DNA of 64,000 bases, taken from an uncultured delta proteobacterium. GTDB taxonomy: Bacteria > Myxococcota > B64-G9. The notes under the pieces are model-generated. The model saw only the letters and a program-made list of their open reading frames with translations, was not told where the DNA came from and ran no database searches. The stretch is taken from NCBI GenBank assembly GCA_963754925.1, contig CAVWHX010000004.1, forward strand, positions 800,001 through 864,000. The letters run 5' to 3'. Made by a program: the position numbers and the translations under genes. Shown piece by piece: positions 63,252 to 64,000 of the stretch (position 1 is its first letter; each line of letters starts with the position of its first letter).

Positions 63252-64000
63252 TGAGCCCGCTCCTGGTTATCACCTTCGTCGCGGCACTGGCGTTTGACTT
63301 TGTCAACGGCTTTCACGATGCTGCGAATGCAATTGCTACCGTGGTTTCAACGCGGGTGCTCGGCCCGCGCACGGCGGTCGCGTGGGCCGCTTTCTTCAAT
63401 TTTGTTGCCGCGTTCACGTTTGGCGTGACCGTCGCCATGATGGTCGGCAAGGGGGTGGTGCACACCGAAGCGATCACGGTGGAAGTAATCCTCTCCGCCC
63501 TGATCGGCGCGATTGCCTGGAACCTCATCACCTGGTGGTTAGGGCTGCCGTCTTCCTCCTCGCACGCTTTGATTGGCGGCCTAGCCGGCGCCGCGCTTGC
63601 TTTTGGCGGGACCAGCCTGTTGATATTCGATGGACTTCTTAAGGTTGCCCTCTTTATCATCATTTCACCGTTGGTCGGATTTATTCTCGGCGCCCTGAAC
63701 CAGTTTGTTGTATTTAAGGTTGTCCGGCACGGCTCCCCGCGCCGGCTCAACCACGTGTTCAAGCGTCTGCAGCTGGTGTCGTCAGCAATCTACTCATTCT
63801 CACACGGAACCAATGACGCTCAAAAAACCATGGGCATTCTTTTCGCCCTCTTGGTAACCAGCGATTATCTCTCCATACATGACCATATGCCAATCTGGAT
63901 CATCTTTTTGTGTCATGCGGCTATTGCGCTGGGCACCCTGGCCGGGGGATTTCGCATTGTACGCACCATGGGGATGGGTTTGACCAAGCTTAACCCCATG
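63251..64000 (+). CDS. PiT-family inorganic phosphate transporter (runs off the window)
   Basis: Manual translation MSPLLVITFVAALAFDFVNGFHDAANAIATVVSTR...GLPSSSSHALIGG...HGTNDAQKTMG; TAATG overlap with DUF47. Confidence 0.93.
   Translation, partial: MSPLLVITFVAALAFDFVNGFHDAANAIATVVSTRVLGPRTAVAWAAFFNFVAAFTFGVTVAMMVGKGVVHTEAITVEVILSALIGAIAWNLITWWLGLPSSSSHALIGGLAGAALAFGGTSLLIFDGLLKVALFIIISPLVGFILGALNQFVVFKVVRHGSPRRLNHVFKRLQLVSSAIYSFSHGTNDAQKTMGILFALLVTSDYLSIHDHMPIWIIFLCHAAIALGTLAGGFRIVRTMGMGLTKLNPM

Overview
Bacterial chromosomal window, most likely from a Myxococcota/deltaproteobacterial genome. This is inferred from the paired ArsA/GET3-like ATPases, the F0-only atp cluster, the PP2C phosphatase, the zinc-ribbon/DUF3426 protein and the TPR and Cys-rich lipoproteins. 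Most of it is housekeeping: ttcA, thiD-yjbQ, atpZIBEF, gyrB-fabH-gyrA, tatC, an MCP, a CDF transporter, murA, ygiQ, gltBD, grpE-dnaJ-trxB, an aconitase, ssb, pepD, amgK-murU and DUF47-pit. Four things stand out. (1) An AT-richer island at ~2.9-7.4 kb carries a DUF3800 gene and partner resembling phage P1 rlfA/rlfB. Behind them, in antisense orientation, is a predicted ~65-nt two-hairpin RNA with its own sigma70-like promoter, and next to that an MmeI-like R-M gene. (2) A family of tiny structure-conserved hairpin elements occurs at five loci, with the grammar TA-arm-[GA-GC-NNN-GC-GA core]-arm'-TA-YCCC-loop-GGGG. One is cleanly inserted without target duplication in a REP, two start at stop codons, and one forms the P2 arm of a riboswitch. 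(3) A czcD/NiCo riboswitch with a terminator precedes the CDF gene. (4) Several enzymes have altered catalytic motifs: the aconitase, the Fic protein, an RlmN-like radical SAM enzyme, and a VolA-like lipoprotein without a lipase domain beside fadL. At least nine genes, some essential, carry apparent single frameshifts that look like sequencing errors; seven lie beside TTAA. All family calls come from motif recognition by eye; no database searches were run.
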